DNA of 64,000 nt from Salisapilia sapeloensis CBS 127946 (GCA_023334545.1 JAADVB010000008.1:62001-126000), one strand, 5' to 3'; shown: positions 34,882 to 46,321, counted from the stretch's first letter. Program-made: numbers and translations. Notes: generated by a model from the sequence alone, not told the origin.

Positions 34882-36456
34882 CTACCATCCAGCGCCGTCA
34901 ATTTGCTTCAAAAGACTCTGCATAAACGCCACACCAAATCCAGTCGAACGCTCATCGTCGCTCGTGAACGACGGGAAGGCCATGTCAACGTGGATCCACT
35001 TGCCGTTCTGCTCGAACTCGTCACCCAAGTGGTTCGCAATGAACTGTCCAGCGCACGAGACTTGGCCGTTCAGACGGTCCTTGACCGAGTTCTTCATGTC
35101 AGCCACCGTGCTCTTGAACTCCTTGCGGAAGAACTCGGGTACGTACGGCATCGGGTGCACCAAGTCACCGCTGTCCTTGCCAGCCTTGACGGCAAAGCCT
35201 TCCAACTCCTCGTTGTTCGTGTACACGGCGCCAATCTCCTTACCCGTGGCAATACCCTGCGCACCCGTAAGCGTCGCCATGTCGACGATGACCTCAGGGC
35301 TCAAGTGCTTCACGGCATAAGCGACACCGTCTGCGAGCACAAGTCTGCCTTCCGCATCCGTGTTGTTGATTTCAACCGTCTTGCCAGAGTACATGACGTG
35401 GATGTCGTCCGGACGAGTCGAGAGGGCATCAACCGAGTTCTCCGCCATACAGAGCACAGCGTGCAACGGACGCTTGTCCGTCGAATTCTTCGACTGGACA
35501 GCAGCTTCGAAGGCGCCGAGGAGACCGGCAGCGCCACCCATGTCGCGCTTCATGCCGACCATGAAGCCTCCAGTCTTGATGCTGAGTCCTCCCGTGTCGT
35601 AGATGATGCCCTTGCCGACCATGGCAACACCGCCGTTGGAAGCATTCTGAGGAACGTGGCTGAGGACGATGAGTGCCGGAGGGTGGACTGCAGCCTTGCC
35701 GACACCGTAGATGCCACCAAAGCCTTGCTCACGCAGCTCCTCGCCACGGATAACCGTGATCTTGGCACCAGTACGTTTGGCAACACGTTGGGCTTCCGCG
35801 ACAAATGCGTCCGAGTGCATTTCGTTCGGAGGCGCATCAACTAGTCGAGCAGCGAGTTGGATGCCACGCGCCGTGTGGTGAAGCAAGTTCTTCTCAGCCT
35901 CCTGGAGCTGCTCCTCGTACACGACGTCTAGCTTATCGTCCTTTTCTTCCACCTCTTGCTCACTCGACTCCGTCGGTAGGCCACTGGACAACTTCTGCTT
36001 GTGGTCGTAGAGGAAAGAGGCCTTGGCGACGGCGCATCCGGCCGCAAACCAAGTGGTCGTGTGCTGCGGCAACGAGAGCACGACGAGCACCTTTTCATCG
36101 TCCGAAGCATCACCGGCAGCGTTCTTGGCCAATGCCTTGTTGTTCTTGACAAAGCTCGCGATGGCGTGCGGACGCGCAGAAGAGTTGCCACGCGACACTT
36201 GCGTCGGGAGAGCATGCAAGCTCACGTGGAGAGGCGTTTCCTGGTCGCGAGGAAGGAGCAGACTGGCCGAAGCACCGCTGTCCGTGCCCGGCGTGAGCGA
36301 TCCAACGGCGTGTTGCAGCAAAGATTGCGCGACGTCCGAGGCCTTGAGCGTTTCAAAGAGGAACTTGGACGTAGACGTCTGTTCCTGGAGCTTTTCCAAG
36401 GTACCGACGACTAGCACCTTGTTGATCTTGGAAGTAGCGCTGGCGTAGTTGACCAT
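34882..36456 (-). CDS. NPEPL1: M17 leucyl aminopeptidase, NPEPL1-like
   Basis: VGKGIIYDTGGLSIK, MKRDMGGAA and NTDAEGRLVLADG metal-binding motifs are intact; single exon. Confidence 0.93.
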   Translation of the reverse strand: MVNYASATSKINKVLVVGTLEKLQEQTSTSKFLFETLKASDVAQSLLQHAVGSLTPGTDSGASASLLLPRDQETPLHVSLHALPTQVSRGNSSARPHAIASFVKNNKALAKNAAGDASDDEKVLVVLSLPQHTTTWFAAGCAVAKASFLYDHKQKLSSGLPTESSEQEVEEKDDKLDVVYEEQLQEAEKNLLHHTARGIQLAARLVDAPPNEMHSDAFVAEAQRVAKRTGAKITVIRGEELREQGFGGIYGVGKAAVHPPALIVLSHVPQNASNGGVAMVGKGIIYDTGGLSIKTGGFMVGMKRDMGGAAGLLGAFEAAVQSKNSTDKRPLHAVLCMAENSVDALSTRPDDIHVMYSGKTVEINNTDAEGRLVLADGVAYAVKHLSPEVIVDMATLTGAQGIATGKEIGAVYTNNEELEGFAVKAGKDSGDLVHPMPYVPEFFRKEFKSTVADMKNSVKDRLNGQVSCAGQFIANHLGDEFEQNGKWIHVDMAFPSFTSDDERSTGFGVAFMQSLLKQIDGAGW

Positions 36457-36714
36457 GATGTTGACACTTGGCAGAAGATCTGTAAATGAGGTTCAAGAAT
36501 ACTTGTCAGACGTGTACCTCGATACTTGTATAATTGTTCTCATAGTGAAATCTAGATGAATGGAATGTTGTTGATATCATATATACAAGTTGAAGAGATT
36601 GTCTTCTAATCAAGGGATCTGTAAAGCCACTATTTTGTCCTATATTATAGGTGGATTATACTGTTTTTAGAGAGACGAGCGAGTAAATCGGAATTACGGG
36701 TGAGAAGCGTTGGC

Positions 36715-37455
36715 ATGAGCTCGTCTTCGGCTATCTCGAAGCTGTATCCGTCTGCGACGGAGCCTCAGTCATTGCTACAGAATGCAGCTTCGACACCGAA
36801 GAATAAGGTTGGACGGAAGAATGGGAAGAAGAAAGTGAAGAAGAGTAGTAAGAAAGCTACGACCAAGTCGAATGCTAAGCAAAAGAAGAATGGCATGCCA
36901 TCCAAAGATACGATGCCAAAGGTCATTGCGAATCTGCTGGATGAACCCAAGGTAGGATTGATGAAGCGTGTGGTGCAGCAGATTGGCCAGAACGTTGCGT
37001 GGGATCTTCTCAAGCGTACGCTTCAGATCGAACGGGAAGGTGGGATGTCGAAAACCGACGCTGTGACGGATGGAGAGATTCCGATGGAGGATCGAAGGTC
37101 TCCTGGTGGTGTCTATCTCTATCTACTCAAGCAAGACGTCTCTCCTCTCGTCTATAAAGAGATTTATCGTATTGAAGCAGAGAAGAAGAAGCATGCCAAA
37201 GTCCGATCGAGACGTCGGCGGCGGCAGAAAGAGGACAATGAGATCGTGGATGCAATCGGATTGAATAAGCTGGATATTAGTCAGGAAGAAAAGGACAGAC
37301 AGCAGAAGACGGAAGAGGATTGGAGTGCTCTCTCGCAATTGTATTTAAGTAGGACGTCCGAGAATCGAGATGAGGCCCAAGTGCAGGCTGGCGTTGGGCT
37401 ACTTGCTTTGCATGGAGAAGTCGGAGAAGTCGACGAGGAAATGGCAGAATTGTAG
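36715..37455 (+). CDS. PHAX: PHAX RNA-binding domain protein (snRNA export adaptor-like)
   Basis: IANLLDEPKVGLMKRVVQQIG...LKRTLQIEREGGM...RRSPGGVYLYLLK matches the PHAX RNA-binding domain, preceded by a basic NLS-like N-terminus. Confidence 0.8.
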   Translation: MSSSSAISKLYPSATEPQSLLQNAASTPKNKVGRKNGKKKVKKSSKKATTKSNAKQKKNGMPSKDTMPKVIANLLDEPKVGLMKRVVQQIGQNVAWDLLKRTLQIEREGGMSKTDAVTDGEIPMEDRRSPGGVYLYLLKQDVSPLVYKEIYRIEAEKKKHAKVRSRRRRRQKEDNEIVDAIGLNKLDISQEEKDRQQKTEEDWSALSQLYLSRTSENRDEAQVQAGVGLLALHGEVGEVDEEMAEL

Positions 37456-37861
37456 TGAGTAGAATCAAGCAGCAAATGGATCTTGATCTTTGTTATGAAT
37501 GGAATACTTAATCATCTTGCTCGAGTAACGTGAATATAAGTTTCCTAGCGACGCGCTTATCTACCAATGCCGACTCACTTTGTAGGAGTGCTAGTCGAAT
37601 CTAAGCAGCATAGATGAACACTTACAGCACGATACTAATTAAGTAAGGTCGTACCAAGACTGGCAGAAGGATTGACAGTGCATAAGTGTGTAAGAGTCGA
37701 AAGAGAAATGCTTTGGAGCTATAGAAGGGATCAATAGATACGTTAGCACTTAAACTGGATCATGGGAAGCTAGTGATCTACCAATTGCTAGCCAAGTGTC
37801 CGCATGATTCACTGCTTGGAGCGAAGTTGACGGTTTCTGGCGCAAGACTATCGCATAAAAA

Positions 37862-38565
37862 CTATAATGACATTCTAAAGCTAGTGAAAATAGAAGTCGA
37901 GTACCACACGGTAGGAGCACAGCAGCAGAGACTGGTGCCGCATTGCAATAGCGCAATAAGGAAGCTGTAGAGGATGCCAGTGATTGTAATGACAAGTACA
38001 ACAAACTTGAGTAAAACCAGTTTGTGCCCTGATAAAGGAATTGCTGGGCCTCTTTTACGCAGCAAGAGGTACTTCTGCAGTGATGATATGTATATCAACA
38101 TCGTTATAAGTGCAGGGAAGACAGCGATTGCTTCATTGAAGAATTTGTCTCCAGCTGAGCCATAATAAGTTGCCACTGGGATCACGCCACATACAACCTA
38201 ACTGAAAGCGTTAGTGGATATATTTGCAGTCCTGAAACTATCGATTGTACCAGGATTGGCTGCCAAAGTGGAAGTAACAGCTCCTGTGCGATAATAGAGC
38301 GCGAGTCAATGGCGGGTTTCTTGTTCGACTCCTTGATAGCACTGAGCAACGAAAACATGATCGCCTTGTCTGAAGAAGTAGATGCTTTGTGGAACTTGGA
38401 TGACTTGGAAAGGGCTGAATACAACAAGTACGACTCGCCTTTCTCATGCGTTAAAGCACTAGCTCTTGAATTTTCCTTGTTTCTGAAGTATTTCCTCTTA
38501 TGTTCGAAGTTACCATTATGGATTCTTCTCATAACTTCATGACGCATACAATATATTACTGACAA
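37862..38565 (-). CDS. Putative spliced membrane protein (hypothetical); start uncertain
   Basis: ORFs 38182-38565 and 37862-38185 join in phase through a GT...CTAAC...TTAG intron (about 38250-38197). The joined product has about three hydrophobic segments. Confidence 0.35.
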
Positions 38566-38953
38566 TGCTTCAGCTGTGGTTGGAGCCTAAGTCGTGCTAG
38601 CTACTTCTTTGTTAGCTTTCATTCTATCAATTACAATCGTAGATATATATGCATTGGTACTATGTTCCATCTTTCCACCGTACACGAAGATGGGAATAGA
38701 AAGTTAGGTAGAAGCGGTCTTCCACGAGGGTAATGACTTGAGTACTGGGCAAACATTGATAATGAGTTATAACGCTTGTAGCGCACACTAAGATCAAATT
38801 TCGCGGGAAGCACTTCAATTTCAACATGAAAAACAATCGAAATGTTAGCAAAGCTTATCAAAGCAGATAGAAGATAAATAATTCATGTCTTCGCAAGTAA
38901 AAGTAACTCCAACCCACGCTTGAAACAAAAATAAAAGTGCGCTGTGACCTTTA

Positions 38954-40948
38954 TTAGTCGATACTTTCCAAATCTTCTCCACTGCTACTCCCACTAATAT
39001 CCTCCGCATGATAGCTATCTCCAGTCATCTGCAGCTCTTCCATCAAATCTTCTTCATTTCTGTCCGTACGTTCCTGATCATCTGCTCCAAAACCTAGGGA
39101 CCGCATACTTCCACTCAACGTCCGTCGCATGACTTCCAAAAACGTTGGATTTCGACGTTCTTCACTCGGAGCTCGCGTTCGCATGGTGTCCAGCTCTGGA
39201 AATGTACTAAACGACTGGTCCGACACGACCGTCGTCTCCTGCTCTGCCGGCCTGTCACTCTCATTCGACTGGTCCAACGCACCAAGCACCGAACGCATAA
39301 ACCTCGACCTGTCCGACGCTTCCGATTCCGAGTCCGATCTCTCCCGTGGTGTCCGTGGCGAGTCCAAAGGCGCACTTGCCTCATTCTGGAACGTAAACGG
39401 CTCATACCTGCCATTAGGGTGTGGAGAAGCTGGTCGGGGTCGAAGCAACGGTGTTCGGCTCGTCGCTTCCTCTCGTCCAGCTCTCAGAGAAGAATCACGC
39501 AGACCGGTCCGAGAATAACGATCTTCCCGACTGCGAGCAGCTACGCTCGTGCCTTCGTCACTTGTACTGGATCGTCCGTCTCGGAAGCGAGAAGCAAAAT
39601 TGGACAAGGAGCTGGGTGCGACGATGGCATGGATATGTACGTCGATACTCCGATGGTTCCCATTATCATTGTTGTTGCGAGAGAAACTGGACATGTCTAA
39701 TAGAGATCGGAATCCAGCCGACCTGTCACTCGTATCCTCTTCGTCGTGGTCGTATACAGTACTGGAGGACGACCGACGTGGACGCACGCCATTCGTTTCA
39801 CGATCGAGGCCGTGAGCACTGTCAATCAACGCTCTACCTAATCGATCTAGTAAAGGAGCAAGGAGAGATGTATCAGTCGTGTTGGACTGCGTGATACTGG
39901 TGGTTGACATGGTTAGATCTTCGTCCTCGACTTCGGGAGTGTCGACGGAAGAGTCTCGATCCACCACTTCATTCAGACGTGGGAGAATTTCCTGAATAGC
40001 GTCTCGAACATCCCTTAATGTGTTTTGGAAGGAAGGAGTTGTACCGTCCGTAGCGTTTCGAACGGTATTATCGATGGAAGCATATGGACTGGACGCTTGG
40101 ATCGCTGCAGGATGGTGGACCGTCGTCGCGACGCGTGGATTGTGGCTACGAGTGTGCGTCCGGAAGGCAGCAATACGATCCGAGTTACGATGAATCCATT
40201 CATCCCATCTCGTGGGCCAGTGGTGGTAATGGATGAAGATTTGCGTGCGAGATACTTGCATAACCGTTGCTTCTAGCCACTGATCGACTGTGTCGAGAGC
40301 ATCTACCCATTGACCGACGTGAAAATCACGATACGAGGCATTGTCTTCCGATGAAGTCGACGTGGATAGCATAGTCTGTAGCGTCAGTAGACCTTGTTGG
40401 ATCGCTTCTAACTGCTGTGCACTTTGATCTGTCGATTCTTCCGTCTCTGTTGCCTGTGCAGGTTCTTGCAAGGACGAAAAGTTGAAAGGAGAATCATCGG
40501 ATTCGGCACTTGGATTCGCTGTGCCTGGGATATGCGTGAACATGGGCCGATCGCTAGTCGAGTCATTCGATTGAGTTGGCGTAGATGAGCCTGGAGGTGG
40601 GGGAGGTCGAGACACGAGGTGGATGGTATGCTCATTCTGGACAGAGTACGAAGAAAGAAGCGTTCCATCTTTCATCAATTTTCCTATAACACGTACAAGT
40701 ATGAACAAAGGAACGATGAGATTGGAAAGAGGGGAGGATGTACCTCGGTAGATGAGTCGCTGGCTTTCGGTCGGAATACGAGTAAGCTCTGCCACGCGCT
40801 CGCGAAAGTCGGTGACGGGCATCGATGTCGTGGCATCTACATGGAAGACGCGTTCATCCAAAAGCTTGACTTTTAGCATAATCGGTTCATCATCGGCAAT
40901 CGAGATGTCCGAAGCATCGTCACTCTCCACAACATTTGCTGTCGCCAT
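38954..40948 (-). CDS. BAG6/Scythe-type ubiquitin-like domain plus MBT/Tudor-like barrel protein
   Basis: UBL LKVKLLDERVFHV...QRLIYRG|KLMKDGTLLSSYSV...TIHLVSRPP (one intron), a barrel FHVGQWVDALDTVDQWLEATV...IHYHHWPTRWDEWI, and a VDVHIHAI-like motif in the disordered C-terminal half. Confidence 0.75.
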   Translation of the reverse strand: MATANVVESDDASDISIADDEPIMLKVKLLDERVFHVDATTSMPVTDFRERVAELTRIPTESQRLIYRGTSSPLSNLIVPLFILVRVIGKLMKDGTLLSSYSVQNEHTIHLVSRPPPPPGSSTPTQSNDSTSDRPMFTHIPGTANPSAESDDSPFNFSSLQEPAQATETEESTDQSAQQLEAIQQGLLTLQTMLSTSTSSEDNASYRDFHVGQWVDALDTVDQWLEATVMQVSRTQIFIHYHHWPTRWDEWIHRNSDRIAAFRTHTRSHNPRVATTVHHPAAIQASSPYASIDNTVRNATDGTTPSFQNTLRDVRDAIQEILPRLNEVVDRDSSVDTPEVEDEDLTMSTTSITQSNTTDTSLLAPLLDRLGRALIDSAHGLDRETNGVRPRRSSSSTVYDHDEEDTSDRSAGFRSLLDMSSFSRNNNDNGNHRSIDVHIHAIVAPSSLSNFASRFRDGRSSTSDEGTSVAARSREDRYSRTGLRDSSLRAGREEATSRTPLLRPRPASPHPNGRYEPFTFQNEASAPLDSPRTPRERSDSESEASDRSRFMRSVLGALDQSNESDRPAEQETTVVSDQSFSTFPELDTMRTRAPSEERRNPTFLEVMRRTLSGSMRSLGFGADDQERTDRNEEDLMEELQMTGDSYHAEDISGSSSGEDLESID

Positions 40949-41122
40949 GGTAGTCCGGTTCTTCCAGTACAAAGGCCAAAATGGGAAGTTTTCGACTTCT
41001 TTCGAGTATATTTCGCGATTACGGAATCACCTAGTGCTCCCATCTGGGTAGAATTATCCGGGCGTTTTCTCTTGGTGACAGACAGGATGGAACATCTGCA
41101 ATCGGTGGCGTTATTTTTTACA

Positions 41123-41130
41123 ACCAATCA
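41123..41130. promoter_or_regulatory. CCAAT-box-like element in the UBL/ProRS bidirectional promoter
   Basis: ACCAATCA between the divergent starts at 40948 and 41214. Confidence 0.4.
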
Positions 41131-41213
41131 CGAAGGATCATTTCCCACCACATACGCACCAAATCGTGACAACATCACATCCGAGTAGCTTGGACGATCG
41201 CGTCTGCACTACC

Positions 41214-43010
41214 ATGCATCGCTGGCATCATATCCAGCAGCGTGCATTGCCAAGCATCCGCACGAGACATGCTTCTATGCAATCTAGTTCAAAAAAGCGT
41301 GTCACGTTGCGATCCAAGCTATGGATGCCTACTTTAAAGAAAGCTCCGAATGCAGAGGCATCGATTGCAAGCCATCAATTGCTACTTCGAGGAGGTTTTA
41401 TTCGAAAAAATAACTCTCCTGGGCTCTTTTCTTTCCTGCCCATGGGTACAAGAGTGCTGAATAAGTTACAAGCCATCATTGAAGACGAAATGGATGCTGT
41501 TGATGGGCAAAAGCTCGACTTGCCACTCTTAATACCGAAAGAGTTATGGGAAGTCAGTGGTCGATGGGATTCCAAGACAAGTGAACTTATGCGAATGAAA
41601 GACCGCCATGAGAGTGAATTTACACTAGCTCCGACGCATGAGGAGAGCATTACAGACCTCGTGGCGAATAACTACACGCTCTCCACTTCATCCATAGACC
41701 GTGCCAATCCACCATCTCTTCGTCTTTATCAGATCGGTCGCAAGTTTCGAGACGAAATTCGTCCAAGATTTGGTCTCTTACGAGCGAGAGAATTTATTAT
41801 GAAAGACATGTACGCATTCGACGTGTCCTCTGAAGCAGCCTTGACTACGTACCATGATGTAGCAGCAGCCTATCACCGTATTCTGGAAGACAGGCTACAA
41901 CTAGATGGACATATCGCCAAGGTAGATGCTGATTCGGGAGAAATTGGTGGCAACTTGTCACAGGAATTCCACGTACTGAGCGACGTTGGGGAGGACGCTT
42001 TGTTGCTTTGTGATAACAACGACTGCAAGTATGCTGCGAATGTGGAGAAAGCTATCAGCTGTTCTGACACCTCTTTCGTATCGAAAGACGAGGCATCTTT
42101 GCTTGCTGACCTGATGGAAGGTAGATCTACTGCCGATACCATCGTATCGGAGATCATTCGCAACCATCACAAGGTCAAAGCACATGTTGTGCACGTTTCG
42201 GATTCAAAGAGCGATAGCGCGTACTCTATCATCGTCTTGACGGCTCCAGATATGGATCTGAATCCGATTTTCATGACATCCTTTTGCTCGGACGAGCTCC
42301 AACTAGCTGATGCTTCCATTCGATCTATCAAGTCTCTGTCCCCAGACAATTCTGCTCCATCGGGCTGGAAAGCTGTATGCATCGACACGTCCCTCATCAG
42401 CCCAGACACGGACAGTAGCAGAGCCAAGGACAATCATGTCCATATCGGAACGTTCCGTAGCGCGCAGGAAGGCGATACATGTGCACATTGTAACGAAGGT
42501 AAACTGCATGCCAAGCGAGGTATTGAAGTCGGTCATGTCTTTTACCTTGGGACCAAGTACTCGACCCCATTCCAAGCATCCTTTGATGAGAACATTCCTT
42601 TCGAAATGGGATGCTATGGCATGGGTTTGACCCGCCTCTTGGCTGGTATCGTGGAGGCGAGTCATGACAAGTTTGGCGTCGTTTGGCCCATGGCCATTGC
42701 TCCTTTCCATGTCTGTGTCTTGTCTACGAACGCCGCCTTCGCAGATGACACGATGCAGTTGAGTGAAGAGCTGCGATCGCAGTTAAACGCTGATGTTCTG
42801 CTGGATGACCGGTGGCAGGAGAGAGCAGGTGTGAAGCTTGCTGATAGTGAGCTTAGTGGTGTTCCTTTCCGTGTGGTGGTGGGGAAAAAGTTTGGAGAAG
42901 ATAGACAGGTGGAAGTGTTGCGTCGAAGGGATATGACGAAATCGTTTGTCAAAGTGGAAGAAGTGTGCGACCACCTTGCGATGTGGATCAAAGAAGAGAG
43001 CAATAGATAG
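41214..43010 (+). CDS. PARS2: Prolyl-tRNA synthetase, bacterial type, probably mitochondrial
   Basis: Arg/Ser-rich presequence, SHQLLLRGGFI, LAPTHEE, YQIGRKFRDEIRPRFGLLRAREFIMKDMY, GIEVGHVFYLGTKYS, MGCYGMGLTRL and an anticodon-binding domain. Confidence 0.93.
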   Translation: MHRWHHIQQRALPSIRTRHASMQSSSKKRVTLRSKLWMPTLKKAPNAEASIASHQLLLRGGFIRKNNSPGLFSFLPMGTRVLNKLQAIIEDEMDAVDGQKLDLPLLIPKELWEVSGRWDSKTSELMRMKDRHESEFTLAPTHEESITDLVANNYTLSTSSIDRANPPSLRLYQIGRKFRDEIRPRFGLLRAREFIMKDMYAFDVSSEAALTTYHDVAAAYHRILEDRLQLDGHIAKVDADSGEIGGNLSQEFHVLSDVGEDALLLCDNNDCKYAANVEKAISCSDTSFVSKDEASLLADLMEGRSTADTIVSEIIRNHHKVKAHVVHVSDSKSDSAYSIIVLTAPDMDLNPIFMTSFCSDELQLADASIRSIKSLSPDNSAPSGWKAVCIDTSLISPDTDSSRAKDNHVHIGTFRSAQEGDTCAHCNEGKLHAKRGIEVGHVFYLGTKYSTPFQASFDENIPFEMGCYGMGLTRLLAGIVEASHDKFGVVWPMAIAPFHVCVLSTNAAFADDTMQLSEELRSQLNADVLLDDRWQERAGVKLADSELSGVPFRVVVGKKFGEDRQVEVLRRRDMTKSFVKVEEVCDHLAMWIKEESNR

Positions 43011-44842
43011 AGCGTTTTGAATGCACATGAAATGCGTTTATGTTGTTTCATTGATGATCGTGATGGGTAAAGAAGAGAGAGTCGATTGCTGGAAACAGGA
43101 TGAAATTTAAAGCTTTACTATTCGCATGCAATTATTAGGCACATCTTGTCGCTGTAGATGAATTTATGACCATGCAATATGTTGTAAGCACATTTGTGGT
43201 GAAATGCGCGATGATATGATCGGCTCTTGAATAGTTGTTGCTGAAGGAAATGCCCCTAGCATCCATTCTTCAATGGAACGACACATCTTTAGCATTGGTT
43301 CATTGGTTTCTACTCAAGCGAGTAGAACATTCATTAACGATCTTGCAAAGTAAACCGTTCATTCTGTCGATGGGAGAAATAATAGCCTTTAAGTTGTGAT
43401 GTGTTTGACCTCATCGTTAAGTATTTTTTTAAACCTCGGTCTATTATATTACATCACCGTAAAATACTTCTCTTCTTTCTCGTGTGTCTGCAAATCTGCC
43501 GCTGCTGGTCAAGACGCGCACCCGAAAAGTTCACCATAGTCTAACAGTTTTAACAGGCAAACTACTTGACTGCGTTTAGAAGCTATTCACGCTACTATGT
43601 GAGAGAGGAACCGAGGCAACGGCTAAATTACCATATACATGAGATATCAGCGTTTCTTTGCAGCTTTTAATGCAAATTGCTAGCATACTTTTAGACAAGG
43701 CTTGCACGATGAATTTGCATCACTTCGATAAGGATGAGCAAGAATACTCACGAGAACTTGTAGCGAATACTGCCTTATCAATTTCACCTCCAATCGACTT
43801 CATTCGCATCGTTCTGCATTTAAGTCATGCATAACTTCATAAGCAGCGTCCTGCAGCTACTTTAAATATGTGTCATTTACAACTTTGATGTCATTGCATC
43901 ATGCAAGAATGCTTCCCACAAATATAAGTGTTGCCGCCAATACATGAGTAGCTAGAGAAACTTTGTCAGCGAGCGGAAATGTCACTTTGATGGGACGACA
44001 CGCCTAATATCAATAATTCTGAGCTCATCAAGTAAGCCAATGGATCGTGCATGTAGTAAGTTTATGGCAAAGCAAGACCCAAGACCAAACTGTCATACAA
44101 TTGCGATGTCGGGCGTATCAATATGTATCCATGCCAGGTTACCGGTAATGCAACCCTTTCGCATACACCGCAAAACAGCTCCAACCTTAGTATTTGGTCG
44201 AACGACTACATAGTGCCCTTTATCGCAAGATAGTTCATTGTCATATGACCGCTTAAACGAGAATTTATTCTCTCCGGCCAGCGCACATAACCTTTCAAGG
44301 ATACTACTACGTAGCCCAACTTTACAATTTCCCAGTGTGACTGATGATCGGGTTGTACTAAAGACAGGAAACTGAGATGGAGAAGAGACCTGAAGCAGTC
44401 TGTAAGCATTGCAAGTTACGTTATCAGGAATTCGACGAGAGTGGAACTTGATCTTATTCCCTCGGAAGTTTCAAAGACGCTGACAATTGAAGTACTGGAG
44501 GACATGAAGTGGACAGATGAGACTACTTCGTTTGCTTATCATCCGAGCTCCAAATCTTCAGCAATTTGTACTTCGATCTCTTTGTATTTAAACGACGTCT
44601 TGTGCTCAGCTCTTGCCAGAGCATATATGAACGGAGGATGTGATAGAGCCGTCAAAGTCTTTCGAGTGTTCAACGGCATCGCTCATTTTTCTGATTGAGA
44701 TATGTTACCGTACCAAGCACAAGACATTGCAAATCCACTATTGGATGATGTATTAAGCACGTGAGCAATTCCCGCCGTATCGTCTGCATCTAAAGGATTG
44801 GCATTGCGACTTTATATCATTTGTAGATTAGCACACTGACAC

Positions 44843-46308
44843 TTGCATCGAATCCATGACGACACAGTGAAAGCAGACGAGTATAAAGTCTTTCACCTCT
44901 CGGATGAAAAGAAGGCTGACTGTAAGCGCATTGCGATGATACTCGTACACGAAGCGCCCAGACATTATCAAAAGTTTGACCAGTCTGCGCCTTGGAAAAT
45001 GGACAGCAAATGCTGGAAGCCGGTCAAGACATCCAACAATGTGACCGTGTATCGTGAGCGGAATCCACCTCGTCGTGTGATGAAAGACACGTATAGTGAT
45101 AGTGCTGGCTGGCAAATGCCTCGTGTAGTCGTCGGAAACGGAACGATCTCAGGCAATATCGATGAGCTCCTATTTGGTCTCGTGAACGGCGACGAGGCAG
45201 CAATTTTGCAAGGTATAAACTACTCGGGATCACTGGCAACAAATTTTCAAATCCTTTCGACGATTGAAAAGCCAACTCTGGAGCACCCGTACCGTTGTAC
45301 TGTTCTCTAATGGCATGCTGCAAGTCCAAGTCCAGCACTTCAAGGCGTTGTCAAAGATCGAGATGTTGTCTACATTCGAGCGACTGGAATTCCCCAAGTC
45401 AATAGGGACGAACGTGTTAGGTATAATCTGATGCATTCAGTCGACTTGCCTTCTACACCGCTTGAACGACAAGGAATCATATGATCCCGCCTCTCATCTT
45501 GTGTTCTCTTGAAGCCTGTTACCGAACAATCGGTTGAAGTGTTTGTCAAGGCATACCATGAAGTATTTGGGATCAACGTTTTCGACTCCATTGGTGTTGT
45601 CACGTTGGCAAGTGCACTTATGGACAACTGGACATCGACCCGATGTGCAAAACGAAAGAAACTTTCGTGGCTCCTTTAAAGGAAAAATGCGAACAAGGGC
45701 AAGGTAATGAGCTTGATTGGCAGCAGTGAAGTTGACAGCAAGTCCGAATGCCGATCCTGCAAAAAGTAGTTTGGTCCTTTGCGCAAAGCTTATGCCTGTA
45801 CTTGTGCGATTCGTCAGTCCGTCGCAAATGCCTTTTTCCCATCGAGCTATTCGACGTCGTTCCCAAGCTAAAGCTGATGGCTGAAAAGGTTCATCTTTGT
45901 CTCACTTGTGACCAATTCACCGACCAAGTCAGCTCATATAAAGTAGCTCGACAAAATATTAAAGCTGGAAGGTATGAACAAGATCGCAGTAGATCCACCG
46001 TCGTCGAGGCGTCTAAGATCTCTCAGCTGGAAGACAGGCTTAATGAATTGACAGGCAAAGAATCCTGCGCTGGCGAAGTCTACGAGTTTGATTCGGACCA
46101 GCTTAGTCCTTTGACTGAAGGCTTTTTGCACTCCTTTGCCCACTTTATATCGTCTACTGATAACGCTGAAGTTGTCGAGTCGAAGCGAAGACTCAGTGAT
46201 GAAGGCTCTGCGGAAACAGACACTGGAAACGATGAAGATGAATTGGAAGTTCTAAATGAAAATGTATGGAGAGGTAGCATTTCGAAGCTAGATCTGAAAG
46301 ATGAATAA
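44843..46308 (+). pseudogene. Inactivated oomycete START-like + FYVE-like family gene
   Basis: WKPVK..NNVTVYRER, GTISGNIDELLFGL, VKDRDVVYI, CAKRKKLSWLL and a FYVE-like CxxC are readable across in-frame stops at 45308-10, 45482-84, 45677-79 and 45767-69, plus a frameshift near 45800. Confidence 0.85.
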
Positions 46309-46321
46309 CGAGGTCGATAAT

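Noticed and set aside
34903-35844. 313-aa plus-strand ORF antisense to the M17 aminopeptidase
   Set aside because: It lies wholly inside a well-supported gene and has no recognisable motifs. Long antisense ORFs are expected from biased third-codon usage in highly expressed genes.
1173-37455. Apparent cluster of RNA-processing genes (INTS5, CSTF2, FET-like, SET-cyclin-CDK, DUS1, PHAX)
   Set aside because: They are interspersed with unrelated genes, and such functions are common among housekeeping genes. No evidence of co-regulation without synteny tests.
44060-44409. Minus-strand LELFCGVCE...QLY resembling a Crinkler N-terminus
   Set aside because: The spacing is too short, there is no LFLAK or HVLV motif, and the frame is interrupted by stops.
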